A DNA stretch of 64,000 bases from a virus (Duplodnaviria; Heunggongvirae; Uroviricota; Caudoviricetes): IMG/VR virus record IMGVR_UViG_3300032318_002198, one strand, 5' to 3'. Below are positions 19,041 to 29,080 of this stretch, one piece after another; positions within the stretch are counted from its first letter, which is position 1; every line of letters begins with the position of its first letter. Below the pieces are notes generated by a model. The model was given only the letters and a program-made list of their open reading frames with translations. It did no database searches and had not been told where the DNA came from. Both the position numbers and the translations under genes were made by a program.

Positions 19041-19070
19041 TTGATAAATTAATACAACATATGTTATAAT
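19041..19070 (+). promoter_or_regulatory. Sigma70-like promoter (TTGATA, 18 nt spacer, TATAAT) with AAGGAG RBS before 19089
   Basis: TTGATA at 19041-19046, TATAAT at 19065-19070, AAGGAG at 19077-19082. Confidence 0.5.
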
Positions 19071-19088
19071 AGAGTAAAGGAGAATATC

Positions 19089-19274
19089 ATGGCCACCAAA
19101 TATAAAAAGTTTGAACCAATGTCGCCTACTGCTAATCAAAAAATCGAAGAACTTGTAAAACGTGGCGGTATCATTGTTAATGAACGCAGAGATCATGTTT
19201 TGATTCAACGAATGGAAAGTGTTGCCAAAATAGATCAATACGGCAGAGTAGAATGGAGTTCTGGTAATACATGA
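19089..19274 (+). CDS. Hypothetical protein
   Basis: 61 aa ORF with a strong RBS. Confidence 0.5.
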   Translation: MATKYKKFEPMSPTANQKIEELVKRGGIIVNERRDHVLIQRMESVAKIDQYGRVEWSSGNT

Positions 19275-19801
19275 AACAAAAATTTGTTAATTTATATATG
19301 GATTTTGCACAACGAGTATCACAATTAAGTTATGCACGTAGACTAAAAGTCGGTTCTGTTATAGTTAAAGACGATACTGTTATTAGTTATGGTTACAATG
19401 GCTCTCCTTCGGGCTGGGATAATAACTGTGAAGATATAGAATGGTGTAGCGCCGGCGGCTGGCTAAGTCCGGAAGAAATTGAAGAAGGTTGGCCTTATGA
19501 AGGTGAATATACTGATGTAAACGGAAATATAATGCAAGGTCGCTATAGACTCAAAACCAAACCAGAAGTATTACATGCTGAAATGAACAGTTTAATGAAA
19601 CTGGCTAAGGGACCAAATTCCGGAAACAATGCAGTTATGTTTATTACACATTCTCCATGTATGGAATGTGCCAAAGGAATTTATCAATCTGGCATAAAAC
19701 AGGTATATTATCGAGATCAATATAGATCCAACGAAGGTATAGAATTTTTAGAAAAGTGTGGAATCGAAGTTAAAAAAGTGGATGAAACCATAAAAGATTA
19801 A
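19271..19801 (+). CDS. dCMP deaminase (cytidine/deoxycytidylate deaminase zinc-binding family)
   Basis: HAEMN...PCMECAK zinc-ligand motifs (H-A-E and P-C-x-x-C). Confidence 0.8.
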   Translation: MKQKFVNLYMDFAQRVSQLSYARRLKVGSVIVKDDTVISYGYNGSPSGWDNNCEDIEWCSAGGWLSPEEIEEGWPYEGEYTDVNGNIMQGRYRLKTKPEVLHAEMNSLMKLAKGPNSGNNAVMFITHSPCMECAKGIYQSGIKQVYYRDQYRSNEGIEFLEKCGIEVKKVDETIKD

Positions 19802-19834
19802 AAGGATAAATAATTTTAGCTTGATATAACAAAT

Positions 19835-20563
19835 ATGGCTAAAATTGAATTCAATTGGTCTACTTTAACTAGAGATAAGATATTTGAACTGTGTTATAGC
19901 TTGAGACCTTTCGTTATAAACAAAGAACTCACTATAGACGAATTTCATATCATATTTAAAAACCATCTCAAAAAACACTTTCCAATTTTAATCACTAAAA
20001 AATTCTTTCATAAAGTACCACTCAATCGTGTTTCTATAGGTGGTGCATATTATAGTGATTACGACAAAAACAATCAAAAATGCATTCAACTTGAAGCCTT
20101 TTATAACCCTAGCTTTCCTTTTTTGAAATTACCTGCATTAAGATTTAAAAGGGTTTGTATGCTAGTAGCAGATACCATATTACACGAGATAATACATATG
20201 CGCCAATATAGGCGTAGAGAATTCAAGATTCTTCCTGATTACGCTAGTACAGCCAAAAAATCCTCGCAACGTAAAGAACAAAGTTATCTTGGAAAATCCG
20301 ACGAAATTGATGCATATGGTTTCAATATTGCATGTGAATTATATTCGAGATTTCAAGGAAACCGCCGAGAGATTGTAAAACATCTAAATAAAAATTTGAA
20401 AAACCGTAGAAGTAAAAATGACTCGTGGAGAATGTATCTTAAAGCATTTGATCACCAGCACGATCATGTCATAATTAAACGTCTCAAGAAAAAAATCATA
20501 CGTTATTTACCATATGCCAGTATAGGTAAACCGTATCTCACAACAGATTGGATTAGAAAATAA
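19835..20563 (+). CDS. HExxH zinc-metallopeptidase-like protein (SprT/WLM-like?)
   Basis: ADTILHEIIHMRQY contains HExxH; basic C-terminus. Confidence 0.35.
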   Translation: MAKIEFNWSTLTRDKIFELCYSLRPFVINKELTIDEFHIIFKNHLKKHFPILITKKFFHKVPLNRVSIGGAYYSDYDKNNQKCIQLEAFYNPSFPFLKLPALRFKRVCMLVADTILHEIIHMRQYRRREFKILPDYASTAKKSSQRKEQSYLGKSDEIDAYGFNIACELYSRFQGNRREIVKHLNKNLKNRRSKNDSWRMYLKAFDHQHDHVIIKRLKKKIIRYLPYASIGKPYLTTDWIRK

Positions 20564-20598
20564 TTGACTTTAATTATAATCATTGTTAATATATAACA

Positions 20599-20832
20599 AT
20601 GAAACTAACCAAAAGCCGGTCTACTATAAAATTTATAGATAGTAATGATCCTTTATTCGTCATCAGAGATGGAGATTACCTTGCAAAACGTGCAGGATTT
20701 AAAATAAATCCACATGCTCCTGCGGAGTACAAACGGATAATCTTCGAATGTATCGATAACGGATGGCTTACGCCTGTTGCATATATGACTAACAAGGAAA
20801 TTGTGTTGGCTGGTTTATCAAATTCTAAATAA
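20599..20832 (+). CDS. Hypothetical protein
   Basis: 77 aa ORF. Confidence 0.4.
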   Translation: MKLTKSRSTIKFIDSNDPLFVIRDGDYLAKRAGFKINPHAPAEYKRIIFECIDNGWLTPVAYMTNKEIVLAGLSNSK

Positions 20833-20853
20833 TAGTTTAACCCGGAGCAAAAA

Positions 20854-21543
20854 TTGCAAAATAAAGAAAAACACCTATCAGAAATAATTAGAGATAGAAT
20901 AAAAAATCACAACACTTCGCCCAGATTTCATGCTAATGATAACATATCAGAATTTATTAAAGAAGGCGAACTAGATCTTTTAGTCGATGAAGTAGCAGAA
21001 AAATTTCAAGGTGTATTAACATCATTGGTAATAGATACTGAAAATGACCATAATACACAAGACACTGCCCGACGTGTGGCAAAGATGTTTATATTAGAAA
21101 CATTCAGCGGCCGTTATAGACCAGTACCAAAAATTACATCATTTCCAAATGTAGGCTATCGAAGTTTATATACCACTGGCCCTATTAGTATTCGCAGTAC
21201 CTGTGCGCATCATTTCCAAAATATAGTAGGACGTTGTTGGGTTGGAATCATCCCGCAGGATGAAGTTATCGGATTAAGCAAGTTTAATCGTTTAGTTCAT
21301 CACATTTGTGAACGTCCACAAATTCAAGAAGAAATGACTTCTCAGATAGCTGATGCGCTGAAACAATATGCCAAGACTGAACATATCGCTGTGGTCGTTA
21401 AGGCAGAACATCATTGTATGACCATGCGCGGAGTGCGAGAACACGAAAATGATATGGTTACTGCTATTATGTTGGGTGCATTTAATACCGATGCTGCACT
21501 TAAAAAAGAATTCTACGACATTCTTAAACTAAACAACAAATAA
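20854..21543 (+). CDS. folE: GTP cyclohydrolase I (FolE)
   Basis: STCAHHFQNIVGRCWVGIIP...VIGLSKFNRLVHHICERPQIQEEMTSQIA is co-linear with the FolE SxCEHH...GLSK...RLQVQERLT block. Confidence 0.7.
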   Translation: MQNKEKHLSEIIRDRIKNHNTSPRFHANDNISEFIKEGELDLLVDEVAEKFQGVLTSLVIDTENDHNTQDTARRVAKMFILETFSGRYRPVPKITSFPNVGYRSLYTTGPISIRSTCAHHFQNIVGRCWVGIIPQDEVIGLSKFNRLVHHICERPQIQEEMTSQIADALKQYAKTEHIAVVVKAEHHCMTMRGVREHENDMVTAIMLGAFNTDAALKKEFYDILKLNNK

Positions 21544-21577
21544 AAATCATTTGTAAAATTACCAAAAAGGAAAAAAT

Positions 21578-22318
21578 ATGAAAAACAAGGGAAAATTGAA
21601 TATACCAACAAAGAAAACTTTTGTTGCACCTCCTCCTACTACTACAGCACCTGCTGCAACTACACAAGGTCAACTAGGCACTCCGGGTCAACGACCACCT
21701 AGTGTTATGATTGCAGTTCCTGCTATGGAAATGGTTAATGCAGAATTTGCACAACACTTGGCTATGGCTGCTGCTAACATGGTTGCTCATGGAATTAAGA
21801 TCAACTGTGCATTTAATATTGGTTCAGTAATTACTATCGCAAGACGTAATCTAGTTGAGATTTTTATGAAGTCGGATTTTGACTATATTTGGTGGGTTGA
21901 CAGCGATATGAAATTCCCCATCGATACTCCTATTAGATTACTTAAGAGAAATAAGGAAATCGTTGGTGCAAACTATCGTCGACGTCGTTTTCCTAATCCT
22001 AACTTTACAGGAATGGTTGGTAGTGCTGGAAATTTCCAAGAATTTCAAACTACTGATAATAGTCCTGCTATGGAATTATGCGATGTACTACCGCACGGTC
22101 TTTGTTTAATCAAACGTGAGGTATACGAAAAAGTAGCACAACCGCACTACTTACAAGAATTCATTCCACATTTGAATCTTGAAATTGGCGAGGATATTTA
22201 CTTTTTCCAAAAATGTCAACAAGCTGGATATCAGATCTGGTGTGACCAAGAATTGAGCCGCGAAACTTCACACATTGGAATATTCCACTTTAATTACAAC
22301 TTATCTGTACCTCGCTAA
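21578..22318 (+). CDS. Putative GT-A-like glycosyltransferase with Pro/Thr-rich N-terminal linker
   Basis: YIWWVDSDMKF is DxD-like; N-terminus PPPTTTAPAATTQGQLGTPGQRPP. Confidence 0.3.
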   Translation: MKNKGKLNIPTKKTFVAPPPTTTAPAATTQGQLGTPGQRPPSVMIAVPAMEMVNAEFAQHLAMAAANMVAHGIKINCAFNIGSVITIARRNLVEIFMKSDFDYIWWVDSDMKFPIDTPIRLLKRNKEIVGANYRRRRFPNPNFTGMVGSAGNFQEFQTTDNSPAMELCDVLPHGLCLIKREVYEKVAQPHYLQEFIPHLNLEIGEDIYFFQKCQQAGYQIWCDQELSRETSHIGIFHFNYNLSVPR

Positions 22319-22330
22319 AAGGCAAAATAT

Positions 22331-22501
22331 ATGTTTGAATCTATAGAAATTCGAAAAGTACAAAATGGCGTAATTGTAACCTTGAGAACCCAAGACGAAG
22401 ATTACGAATATGTTTATGATACTGATAGAAAAGCAATTAAGTTTATTAAAGATCAATTGGATTCTAAACAAAATTTATCAAATAAAAACTCAACATCATG
22501 A
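22331..22501 (+). CDS. Small hypothetical protein (56 aa)
   Basis: Fills the 22318-22498 gap with an ATGA overlap to the next gene. Not in the track. Confidence 0.3.
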   Translation: MFESIEIRKVQNGVIVTLRTQDEDYEYVYDTDRKAIKFIKDQLDSKQNLSNKNSTS

Positions 22502-22947
22502 TTAAAAAATCATACTCACTAAATGATCCTGTATGGATACATGGAATATCTCCAAATAATAAACTTACAGAAGGTACGGTAATTGCTTTGGTTGACTTGA
22601 AATCTTGCGGATATACTGAAATCCACTATGTTATCGAAATACCAACTCATATAGAACCATTATTGGAAATTCGCACTTGGCAAACTATGAGCCAAGATAT
22701 GGAAGGCCCAATTGGTTCGATGAGAGAATTTGGCAAAACTTTATCTGCCGATAATAAAAAAATTCGTCAAACAGGTTACATATATTCTGAAGATAGCCAC
22801 TATGACGATAATGATCCTAGCCCAGATCAAATAATGGAAGCACTAGAAAAACGTGCAGATGAATTAAAACATAAACCATTAAACCTTAAAGATACTACGA
22901 AGAAAAAGAAATATTATCCAAGAAAGAAAAAACATGACTCTATTTGA
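22498..22947 (+). CDS. Hypothetical protein
   Basis: 149 aa ORF with a basic C-terminus. Confidence 0.45.
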   Translation: MIKKSYSLNDPVWIHGISPNNKLTEGTVIALVDLKSCGYTEIHYVIEIPTHIEPLLEIRTWQTMSQDMEGPIGSMREFGKTLSADNKKIRQTGYIYSEDSHYDDNDPSPDQIMEALEKRADELKHKPLNLKDTTKKKKYYPRKKKHDSI

Positions 22948-23245
22948 TACCGAAAGTATTATTCTACGTTCATTAGGGTTGATTGACTGTTCGATATTAA
23001 TAAAGAAAAATGCAATAGGTACAGAAATTTATTTAACCGAACATTTGGTTCCAGTTGATTATGGCTGTACTGAAGGTACATATAAGTTGGAACTTGCTGT
23101 TAATTGGTGCAACGAGCAATTGAAAAATTGGAATGGGTGTACCGGAAGAAATAAATGGAATTCATGGAAATTCTATTCTAATAACGAAGCAGATAAATTC
23201 ATTACATATTATAATCTAGCATGTCCACATTTTATAAAACAGTAG
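22934..23245 (+). CDS. Hypothetical protein
   Basis: 103 aa ORF. Confidence 0.4.
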   Translation: MTLFDTESIILRSLGLIDCSILIKKNAIGTEIYLTEHLVPVDYGCTEGTYKLELAVNWCNEQLKNWNGCTGRNKWNSWKFYSNNEADKFITYYNLACPHFIKQ

Positions 23246-23520
23246 ATGACAATGGAGTTATCGTCGAAATACATAAATTTGTTGCTCATACTTTTCAAAT
23301 AAGCGACGTCGAAGATCCAGATATTGCTGCCGGAAGTTTCTTATATAATTGGGAAAAAAGCGAGTCTGGCAAATTTATAATGGAAAACGCATACGAAACT
23401 CCATCTTGGCATAGACAACAATCACCAGAATTTTATGGATGGAAATATATTATTGTTGTCACAATGGAGAAAAAGAAATTATCCGAATATTATTTAAAAT
23501 GGGGAAATAAAATAAAATGA
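23221..23520 (+). CDS. Hypothetical protein
   Basis: 99 aa ORF. Confidence 0.4.
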   Translation: MSTFYKTVDDNGVIVEIHKFVAHTFQISDVEDPDIAAGSFLYNWEKSESGKFIMENAYETPSWHRQQSPEFYGWKYIIVVTMEKKKLSEYYLKWGNKIK

Positions 23521-23885
23521 ATGTATTTAAAGACCAATCTAAATTTATGCGAGCGTGTGATCAAACTACTGATCAATGGAATCTAGGTCAATTTGAACTT
23601 TACACAAAGTTAATCGACGAAGAACGCGACGAACTAGAAACAGCCTACGTAAACGGTGATCGAGTAGAAATACTAGATGCATTGACTGACATCTTGGTAG
23701 TTACAATTGGTGCTATGCACAGTGCAGGGTTTGACGCCGAGGGCGCGTGGCGGGAAGTTATGCGATCCAATCTCAGTAAGATTGATAAAGAAACCGGCAA
23801 AGTTCGTAAACGTGAGGACGGGAAAGTGTTAAAACCAATTAACTTCTCTCCGCCAAATCTTGCACCTTTTATCACAAAGAAATAA
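23517..23885 (+). CDS. mazG: MazG-like nucleoside triphosphate pyrophosphohydrolase
   Basis: LIDEERDELETAY...EILDALTDILVVTIGAMHSAGFD...VMRSNLSKIDKETGKVRKREDGKVLKP follows the EExxE...DxxDAL...SNxSK MazG pattern typical of marine-phage MazG. Confidence 0.7.
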   Translation: MNVFKDQSKFMRACDQTTDQWNLGQFELYTKLIDEERDELETAYVNGDRVEILDALTDILVVTIGAMHSAGFDAEGAWREVMRSNLSKIDKETGKVRKREDGKVLKPINFSPPNLAPFITKK

Positions 23886-23891
23886 GTTCAA

Positions 23892-23920
23892 TTGACAATT
23901 GCCTGTTGATGTGCTACAAT
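23892..23920 (+). promoter_or_regulatory. Sigma70-like promoter (TTGACA, 17 nt spacer, TACAAT)
   Basis: TTGACA at 23892-23897 and TACAAT at 23915-23920. Confidence 0.55.
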
Positions 23921-23943
23921 ATTATTGTCAAGGAAAACCTAGC

Positions 23944-24228
23944 ATGAAATATAGAAAAAAGCCGGTTGAAATCGAAGCATTGCAATTCGAATATAGTGCA
24001 ACAGGCATCGAAAAGCTTAAAGAATTCTGCGGCTCTGCATTAGGAAAAACGTCCAAATATCGTCATCCTACTGCCAAAGGAGAAGCAGAAATCGGAACCC
24101 TCGAGGATGGTGTTCATCTAACAGTTAAACACATTGCGACAGAAGGTGATTTTATCATCAAAGGTGTACAAGGAGAGTTTTATCCCTGCAAACCTGATAT
24201 TTTTTGGCAAACTTACGAAAAGGTATAA
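23944..24228 (+). CDS. Hypothetical protein. The track start at 23899 lies inside the promoter; Met16 was chosen.
   Basis: ATG about 24 nt after the -10 element; 94 aa. Confidence 0.45.
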   Translation: MKYRKKPVEIEALQFEYSATGIEKLKEFCGSALGKTSKYRHPTAKGEAEIGTLEDGVHLTVKHIATEGDFIIKGVQGEFYPCKPDIFWQTYEKV

Positions 24229-25091
24229 TCGTGGCACAACGTTCTAACTATTGGTCTTGTTCAAAATTCGCTAACTGGCTTCGCGGTACTGCCAAGCCTC
24301 CCGCCGAAACTGGAGCAGGATGGCGTAAATGGAACCGTGCGGCTAAAGCAAGTCATCCACTTCGCTATTGGCTTGCCGAAGAAGGTTTGGATAAAATTCA
24401 AAATGCCATTTGGTGGCCCGTTGATAAGATTTACGATGCCAAATATTATGTCAACAATCGTTGGGTTACCCGAACTCATACTCTTACTTCTCACCCTAAA
24501 GACATCAAAAGAGGTCAGTGGTGCGATGTTGGTAATCGTTTCCTGCCCTGCTTGTTTAATGAGCTTGTGGAATTTGTCGAAGTAGAAAAGGCATGGAGTA
24601 ACATTGCCTGGAGCAAAGAATCGCGTGAAAAATACAATGTTCCGTTTTGGGGTGTTGGTTGGTTTCGCTGGAGAACCTGGCGCAGTGCAGAAGCAGGTAT
24701 TGAACATCTCAAGTGGGAAATTGGTCTTACTAACGAGGAATGGTTAGACGAAGACAAGAAGCACGAGGCAGAACCAACTGGGCAAGCAAAGGCTGCCAAA
24801 GAAATGCTTGAACTTTACACATGGTGGACGGAAGTTTATCCTAATCGTAAAGATCCAATTGAGTTGAGCGGTTGGAGCGATTGGTGTGATCGTCGCAGAA
24901 ACAAAATTAAACAAGAAGAGCCGGATGCTGATGAATTTGCTATCCTTGATTCGTCTGATGAAGATGAAAATGAGCAAGCAGAAACTCGCCGTATTCTTGA
25001 TCTTTGCAACACGATTGAAAAACAGCAAGAAGACGAGGACACAGAAATGTTGATTCGACTGATTCGCATTCGAAATCACATGTGGACTTAA
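24204..25091 (+). CDS. Hypothetical Trp-rich protein with acidic C-terminus
   Basis: 295 aa ORF. The internal minus-strand ORFs are judged spurious. Confidence 0.5.
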   Translation: MANLRKGIIVAQRSNYWSCSKFANWLRGTAKPPAETGAGWRKWNRAAKASHPLRYWLAEEGLDKIQNAIWWPVDKIYDAKYYVNNRWVTRTHTLTSHPKDIKRGQWCDVGNRFLPCLFNELVEFVEVEKAWSNIAWSKESREKYNVPFWGVGWFRWRTWRSAEAGIEHLKWEIGLTNEEWLDEDKKHEAEPTGQAKAAKEMLELYTWWTEVYPNRKDPIELSGWSDWCDRRRNKIKQEEPDADEFAILDSSDEDENEQAETRRILDLCNTIEKQQEDEDTEMLIRLIRIRNHMWT

Positions 25092-25107
25092 CCTAGAAAA
25101 AACATAT

Positions 25108-25317
25108 ATGAAACCAATAAAAATCACATTTACAGATCAATTTTTAAATTCCTTTACCGGAACCCAAGAAGAATTCGATGCCCTTGTAAAGGAACTTGAA
25201 GAAAAATTTGCCAACGGCGACTTCGAAGAAATATTCGACGAAGATCTAGGAAATGAATTTGCTGTTGGCTTCGATCCTGCAGATATGTACGATCAACATC
25301 CACGAATCTTGCACTAA
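25108..25317 (+). CDS. Hypothetical acidic protein
   Basis: 69 aa ORF. Confidence 0.4.
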   Translation: MKPIKITFTDQFLNSFTGTQEEFDALVKELEEKFANGDFEEIFDEDLGNEFAVGFDPADMYDQHPRILH

Positions 25318-25318
25318 A

Positions 25319-25675
25319 ATGAATTACAAAAAAATGAATTACGAAAAACCCGCAGAAGGTATACTAAAAACTAATGACTGGGGCGATTCAAAAGCCTACA
25401 AAGTTTCTTGTAGTTGCGGTGCCGATGGTCACGATCATGATGTTTGGGTAGAATCAGATGAACATCATGTAACCGTTACTATATACACTAAAGTAAAAAG
25501 CAATTGGCGAGTCAATCGATTCCGTCAAATTTGGAACTTGTTGACCAAGGGTTATTTGGAACATAGTGTAGACATTGCACTAACCGAACAACAAGCATTT
25601 AATTACGCTTATACATTACATGAGGCTGTAAAAGATGTCGAACAATTCAAAAAAGAAGCTAGCAACAAGTCCTGA
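25319..25675 (+). CDS. Hypothetical protein
   Basis: Starts MNYKKMNYEKP immediately after the previous stop. Confidence 0.4.
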   Translation: MNYKKMNYEKPAEGILKTNDWGDSKAYKVSCSCGADGHDHDVWVESDEHHVTVTIYTKVKSNWRVNRFRQIWNLLTKGYLEHSVDIALTEQQAFNYAYTLHEAVKDVEQFKKEASNKS

Positions 25676-26207
25676 ACGTTATTCATTCAGCAAAAAATCC
25701 TGTGAAAAACAAATACAAGAAGATCCTACAAATCGAGAGGCAGCACAGGCTTTACTTGATTATTATTTAGATTCTATTAAACAAGAAGATAAGTTTTTTG
25801 AAGATTCAAAAAATCAAAAAAATAATCTAGAATATGATTTGCGTACATCGGAAGTTGTTTGCCAAAAAGCAAAATCTTCTAAACACTATGCACAAAATCT
25901 TTATGCTGCACTATGCAATAACGAGTTCCAAAAATTAGATGTGGTGACTATTCTAAAAGAAGAACAATGGGGGTGTAGTTGGAGATCTGCCGGTGGTATT
26001 GTAGCTCATGTTACAGGTAAGGGTGATTATATTGATTGGTATTGCTCGGGTATTCGTAATAATGGCGACGATAACGAATCTGAAGACCCTTTGTACGACA
26101 AACTAAAATATGTCCCCGAAGGAAAAATCACCGAAGAAATTTGGCAAGATCTAAAAAACCTCGGTTGGATTCCTGCTCCAGGAGGCGATTGGGAACACTT
26201 TGAGTAA
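25635..26207 (+). CDS. Hypothetical protein
   Basis: 190 aa ORF. Confidence 0.45.
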   Translation: MSNNSKKKLATSPERYSFSKKSCEKQIQEDPTNREAAQALLDYYLDSIKQEDKFFEDSKNQKNNLEYDLRTSEVVCQKAKSSKHYAQNLYAALCNNEFQKLDVVTILKEEQWGCSWRSAGGIVAHVTGKGDYIDWYCSGIRNNGDDNESEDPLYDKLKYVPEGKITEEIWQDLKNLGWIPAPGGDWEHFE

Positions 26208-26460
26208 ACCTATAAAAATTTCTCACACAGAATGGCTTAATCTGAGCATTAAAATTCTAGAAAAACATCCTTTGAGCGTAATCTTGATACGAGATAAAAT
26301 GAAAAAAGTGTTGGGTTTCACGGTTAGAGAACATACAATATGGAATAAAGAAGAATCAATGCATGAAACCATATTGTATTTAGATTTTTATGACGAAACA
26401 AAACGTACATACTTTCTACTAAAATATGGAGAATATCTTACTCATTATGATGTACTATAA
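26200..26460 (+). CDS. Hypothetical protein
   Basis: 86 aa ORF. Confidence 0.4.
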   Translation: MSKPIKISHTEWLNLSIKILEKHPLSVILIRDKMKKVLGFTVREHTIWNKEESMHETILYLDFYDETKRTYFLLKYGEYLTHYDVL

Positions 26461-26713
26461 AATTAGAGACAAAACTAATACAGAATATTATGTCGGAGGC
26501 ACTCCTGGAAAATTTAGTTATAATAAAACAGGAAGAATTTTTAAATTAGGACAATTAAGATTATTCTTGACCAATATTATGAAATATGATAATCGACGAA
26601 GAGATATCGGAAATTGGGAAATTGTAGAACTAGAAATGCATATTAAAGATGTTAAAGAAATTTTTAACATTATTAAACCAGAAAAAATGATGCAACTAAT
26701 AAAGGATTTTTAA
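26447..26713 (+). CDS. Hypothetical protein
   Basis: Start chosen at the ATGATG overlapping the previous stop. Confidence 0.4.
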   Translation: MMYYKIRDKTNTEYYVGGTPGKFSYNKTGRIFKLGQLRLFLTNIMKYDNRRRDIGNWEIVELEMHIKDVKEIFNIIKPEKMMQLIKDF

Positions 26714-27072
26714 TGCCAGGACTAACTACAAATGCTTTTGTTTTTGCGTGGGATACTCACGGAGTTGAATCTATTATTCCTATAACACAATATGAGACTG
26801 TTGATCGAGAAAATACCATGCGAATCCTCAGGGGTGAAGAAATCGTTAGAAATCCTTTAAATGGTATTATTCGAACGCTTATTCTAAGAGCTCGATATAA
26901 TTCTCAAAGACATTATGAAATATATGCAATTGATTGTTCGGAAGATTTAGACCAGGAATTTTGGAAAAAACAATGGGAAGAATATCCGCAAGAAACTGCC
27001 GAACTGATAAGAGAACGTGGTCATAAAATACACAGTGATCGTTTAAAAATTAATCAATCTCGAATTACATGA
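26713..27072 (+). CDS. Hypothetical protein
   Basis: 119 aa ORF. Confidence 0.4.
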   Translation: MPGLTTNAFVFAWDTHGVESIIPITQYETVDRENTMRILRGEEIVRNPLNGIIRTLILRARYNSQRHYEIYAIDCSEDLDQEFWKKQWEEYPQETAELIRERGHKIHSDRLKINQSRIT

Positions 27073-27332
27073 AAACTAAAATTGAAAAAAATTACGGACA
27101 TTGTGATAAATTAGGTAGAACTATTAGTCTCGATGATTTTGTTGCCATCCCTGATCATGATATTCTGTTAGTTGGCAAAATTATCAAGTTGAATCCAGGG
27201 ACAGTTCAAATCAAAGTATTTGATCCACAAAATGATTACTACAACGGAAGCACTATTAACAAATATTCCATGGATACTGCTATTATAAATGGTCCGGATG
27301 TTAGCCTATACCTATTGAAAAATTCAAGTTGA
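27069..27332 (+). CDS. Hypothetical protein
   Basis: 87 aa ORF. Confidence 0.4.
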   Translation: MKTKIEKNYGHCDKLGRTISLDDFVAIPDHDILLVGKIIKLNPGTVQIKVFDPQNDYYNGSTINKYSMDTAIINGPDVSLYLLKNSS

Positions 27333-27357
27333 CAAAATGTATAGATGAAGTTAAAAT
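27329..27357 (+). promoter_or_regulatory. Sigma70-like promoter (TTGACA, 17 nt spacer, TAAAAT)
   Basis: TTGACA at 27329-27334 and TAAAAT at 27352-27357. Confidence 0.5.
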
Positions 27358-27377
27358 GTATCTAGTTAACACTATTG

Positions 27378-28577
27378 ATGAGACCAATGGCAACTGAAAA
27401 GAAAATTCGTAATACTGCACTTACTCGTGTTAGAGCAAATGCAAAACGTGACCCAAGCCCTGGCTGGGATGATAACGAGTCTTGGTCTGCTGAACAATTT
27501 GCTTCGCATTTTCGCGAAGCAATGAAATACTACAATATCGAACACACCGGTAAAGATCTTAAAGTAAAGGTTATTGACTGGATGGGCCGTACTGGTTATA
27601 CCCGAAACGAAATTGCTGCATTTAAGCGTACTAAAGATTCTCGTTGCGGAGTCACCATGGGTGCCATTGCTGCTTGTCTAATCAAAGGCATGCCTTCAGT
27701 ACGAGCAGATTTTAACAACGGTCGAGATACCGAAGAATGGTTGCGTAAAGAAATCAGTAAGGTAACTAACGAAGGTAGAGAAGACATTGAGGTCGTTGAT
27801 GCTGTTAAGCCTTCAAAATCTCAAGCTCCTGCATATAACATTCAAGATAGAATCAGAGAACAAGCAGGAATGATGAGCGAAGAACTTGATGCTGCAATCG
27901 ATCAGTTTATTACTGATCCTACTGCGTTTGATCCAAAAGCATTCAAGATTGTGAATCTATTGCGTGGCAAGGGTGCCAAGGCCGCGCATGCAAGATACAT
28001 TCGCGGCTTTTTTGAGTACAGTCACAATGAATTGATGGAATTGGCTAGCGGTGAAGCCGATGAACAATTACGCGAAGCATATCGTCACCATCCGCGTAAA
28101 AATATCAAGAAATTGATGGAGTTTTATGATTCTATTTCGCAAGCATGTGACCAGATCACTGCTGAATCGAAGATCATGAAAAAGCCACGTGCCAAGAAAG
28201 TTAAACCTGCAGAGGACTTGGTTAAGAAACTCAAATTCTGTGTCAAGGACGATAAGTTGGGTGTCGTTAGTGTTCCGCCTGCAGGTATCATCGGAGCTCA
28301 GGGTGTTGTAGTTTACAATATCAGAACAAGAAAAATGGGATATGCTATTGCAAAAAGTACAACCGGGCTAACTGTTAAAGGTACGACCATTATTGAATTA
28401 ACTGATAAGAGTTTGCAAAAAACTCTCCGTAATCCACAAGTTTCTATTAAAGAATTCAGAGAACAAAATACACAGAAGAGATTCGAAACTTGGTTTGCAA
28501 AAAATGTCAAAACTACCGAAACACAATTTACCGGTAGACTAAATGAAGACACAATTATTCTGAAAATTTTCAAATAA
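27378..28577 (+). CDS. Hypothetical protein (about 400 aa)
   Basis: Long ORF; first ATG about 20 nt after the -10 element. Confidence 0.55.
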   Translation: MRPMATEKKIRNTALTRVRANAKRDPSPGWDDNESWSAEQFASHFREAMKYYNIEHTGKDLKVKVIDWMGRTGYTRNEIAAFKRTKDSRCGVTMGAIAACLIKGMPSVRADFNNGRDTEEWLRKEISKVTNEGREDIEVVDAVKPSKSQAPAYNIQDRIREQAGMMSEELDAAIDQFITDPTAFDPKAFKIVNLLRGKGAKAAHARYIRGFFEYSHNELMELASGEADEQLREAYRHHPRKNIKKLMEFYDSISQACDQITAESKIMKKPRAKKVKPAEDLVKKLKFCVKDDKLGVVSVPPAGIIGAQGVVVYNIRTRKMGYAIAKSTTGLTVKGTTIIELTDKSLQKTLRNPQVSIKEFREQNTQKRFETWFAKNVKTTETQFTGRLNEDTIILKIFK

Positions 28578-28635
28578 TAGTAGACAACGACTTAACTTCA
28601 CGGTTCTTGCTTTGTAAAACAGTAAGGAATAAACA

Positions 28636-28842
28636 ATGACATTTAATGATATTTTTTCTATCAGTATGCTTATTGGATGGGCTGGCTTAGTTGGATATAT
28701 CCATGAAGTCTCTCAAGGGAGAATCAATAGATGGACCACTTGGAGCGAGATGTCTAACCGACAATGGGCCTATTGGTACATGCTGATCCAATTCGTCGCT
28801 GTATTGTTTGTTGCGTTAATGTATCTTGCGTTTAAAGGTTGA
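28636..28842 (+). CDS. Small membrane protein (2 TM)
   Basis: Two hydrophobic helices; AAGGAA RBS. Confidence 0.45.
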   Translation: MTFNDIFSISMLIGWAGLVGYIHEVSQGRINRWTTWSEMSNRQWAYWYMLIQFVAVLFVALMYLAFKG

Positions 28843-28843
28843 T

Positions 28844-29080
28844 ATGAACGAACGAATTAGAGAACTTAAACTTGAAGCCGCTAACTGGGCGAGACAGAAT
28901 CATCGGGCAGTGGATCCTCAAAATTTGACCATGCAAGAATATGAACAGAGGGTCTTGATGATGACTGATAAGTTCGCCGAACTGATTGTGCGCGAATGTG
29001 CTAATCAATGTGGAAATGTTTTGGACTATCACGCTATTTTAGAACGTTTCGGATTTGAATTTAAATGGAGCCAAGAATGA
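28844..29080 (+). CDS. MNERI-family small protein
   Basis: ATGAACGAACGAAT start; KFAELIVRECANQCG core. Confidence 0.6.
   Translation: MNERIRELKLEAANWARQNHRAVDPQNLTMQEYEQRVLMMTDKFAELIVRECANQCGNVLDYHAILERFGFEFKWSQE

Noticed and set aside
24261-25127. Cluster of minus-strand ORFs (24261-24707, 24515-24799, 24744-25127, 24836-25069) antisense to the 24204-25091 gene
   Set aside because: They mutually overlap, have low-complexity composition, and sit inside a well-supported + strand ORF in an otherwise uniformly + strand region.
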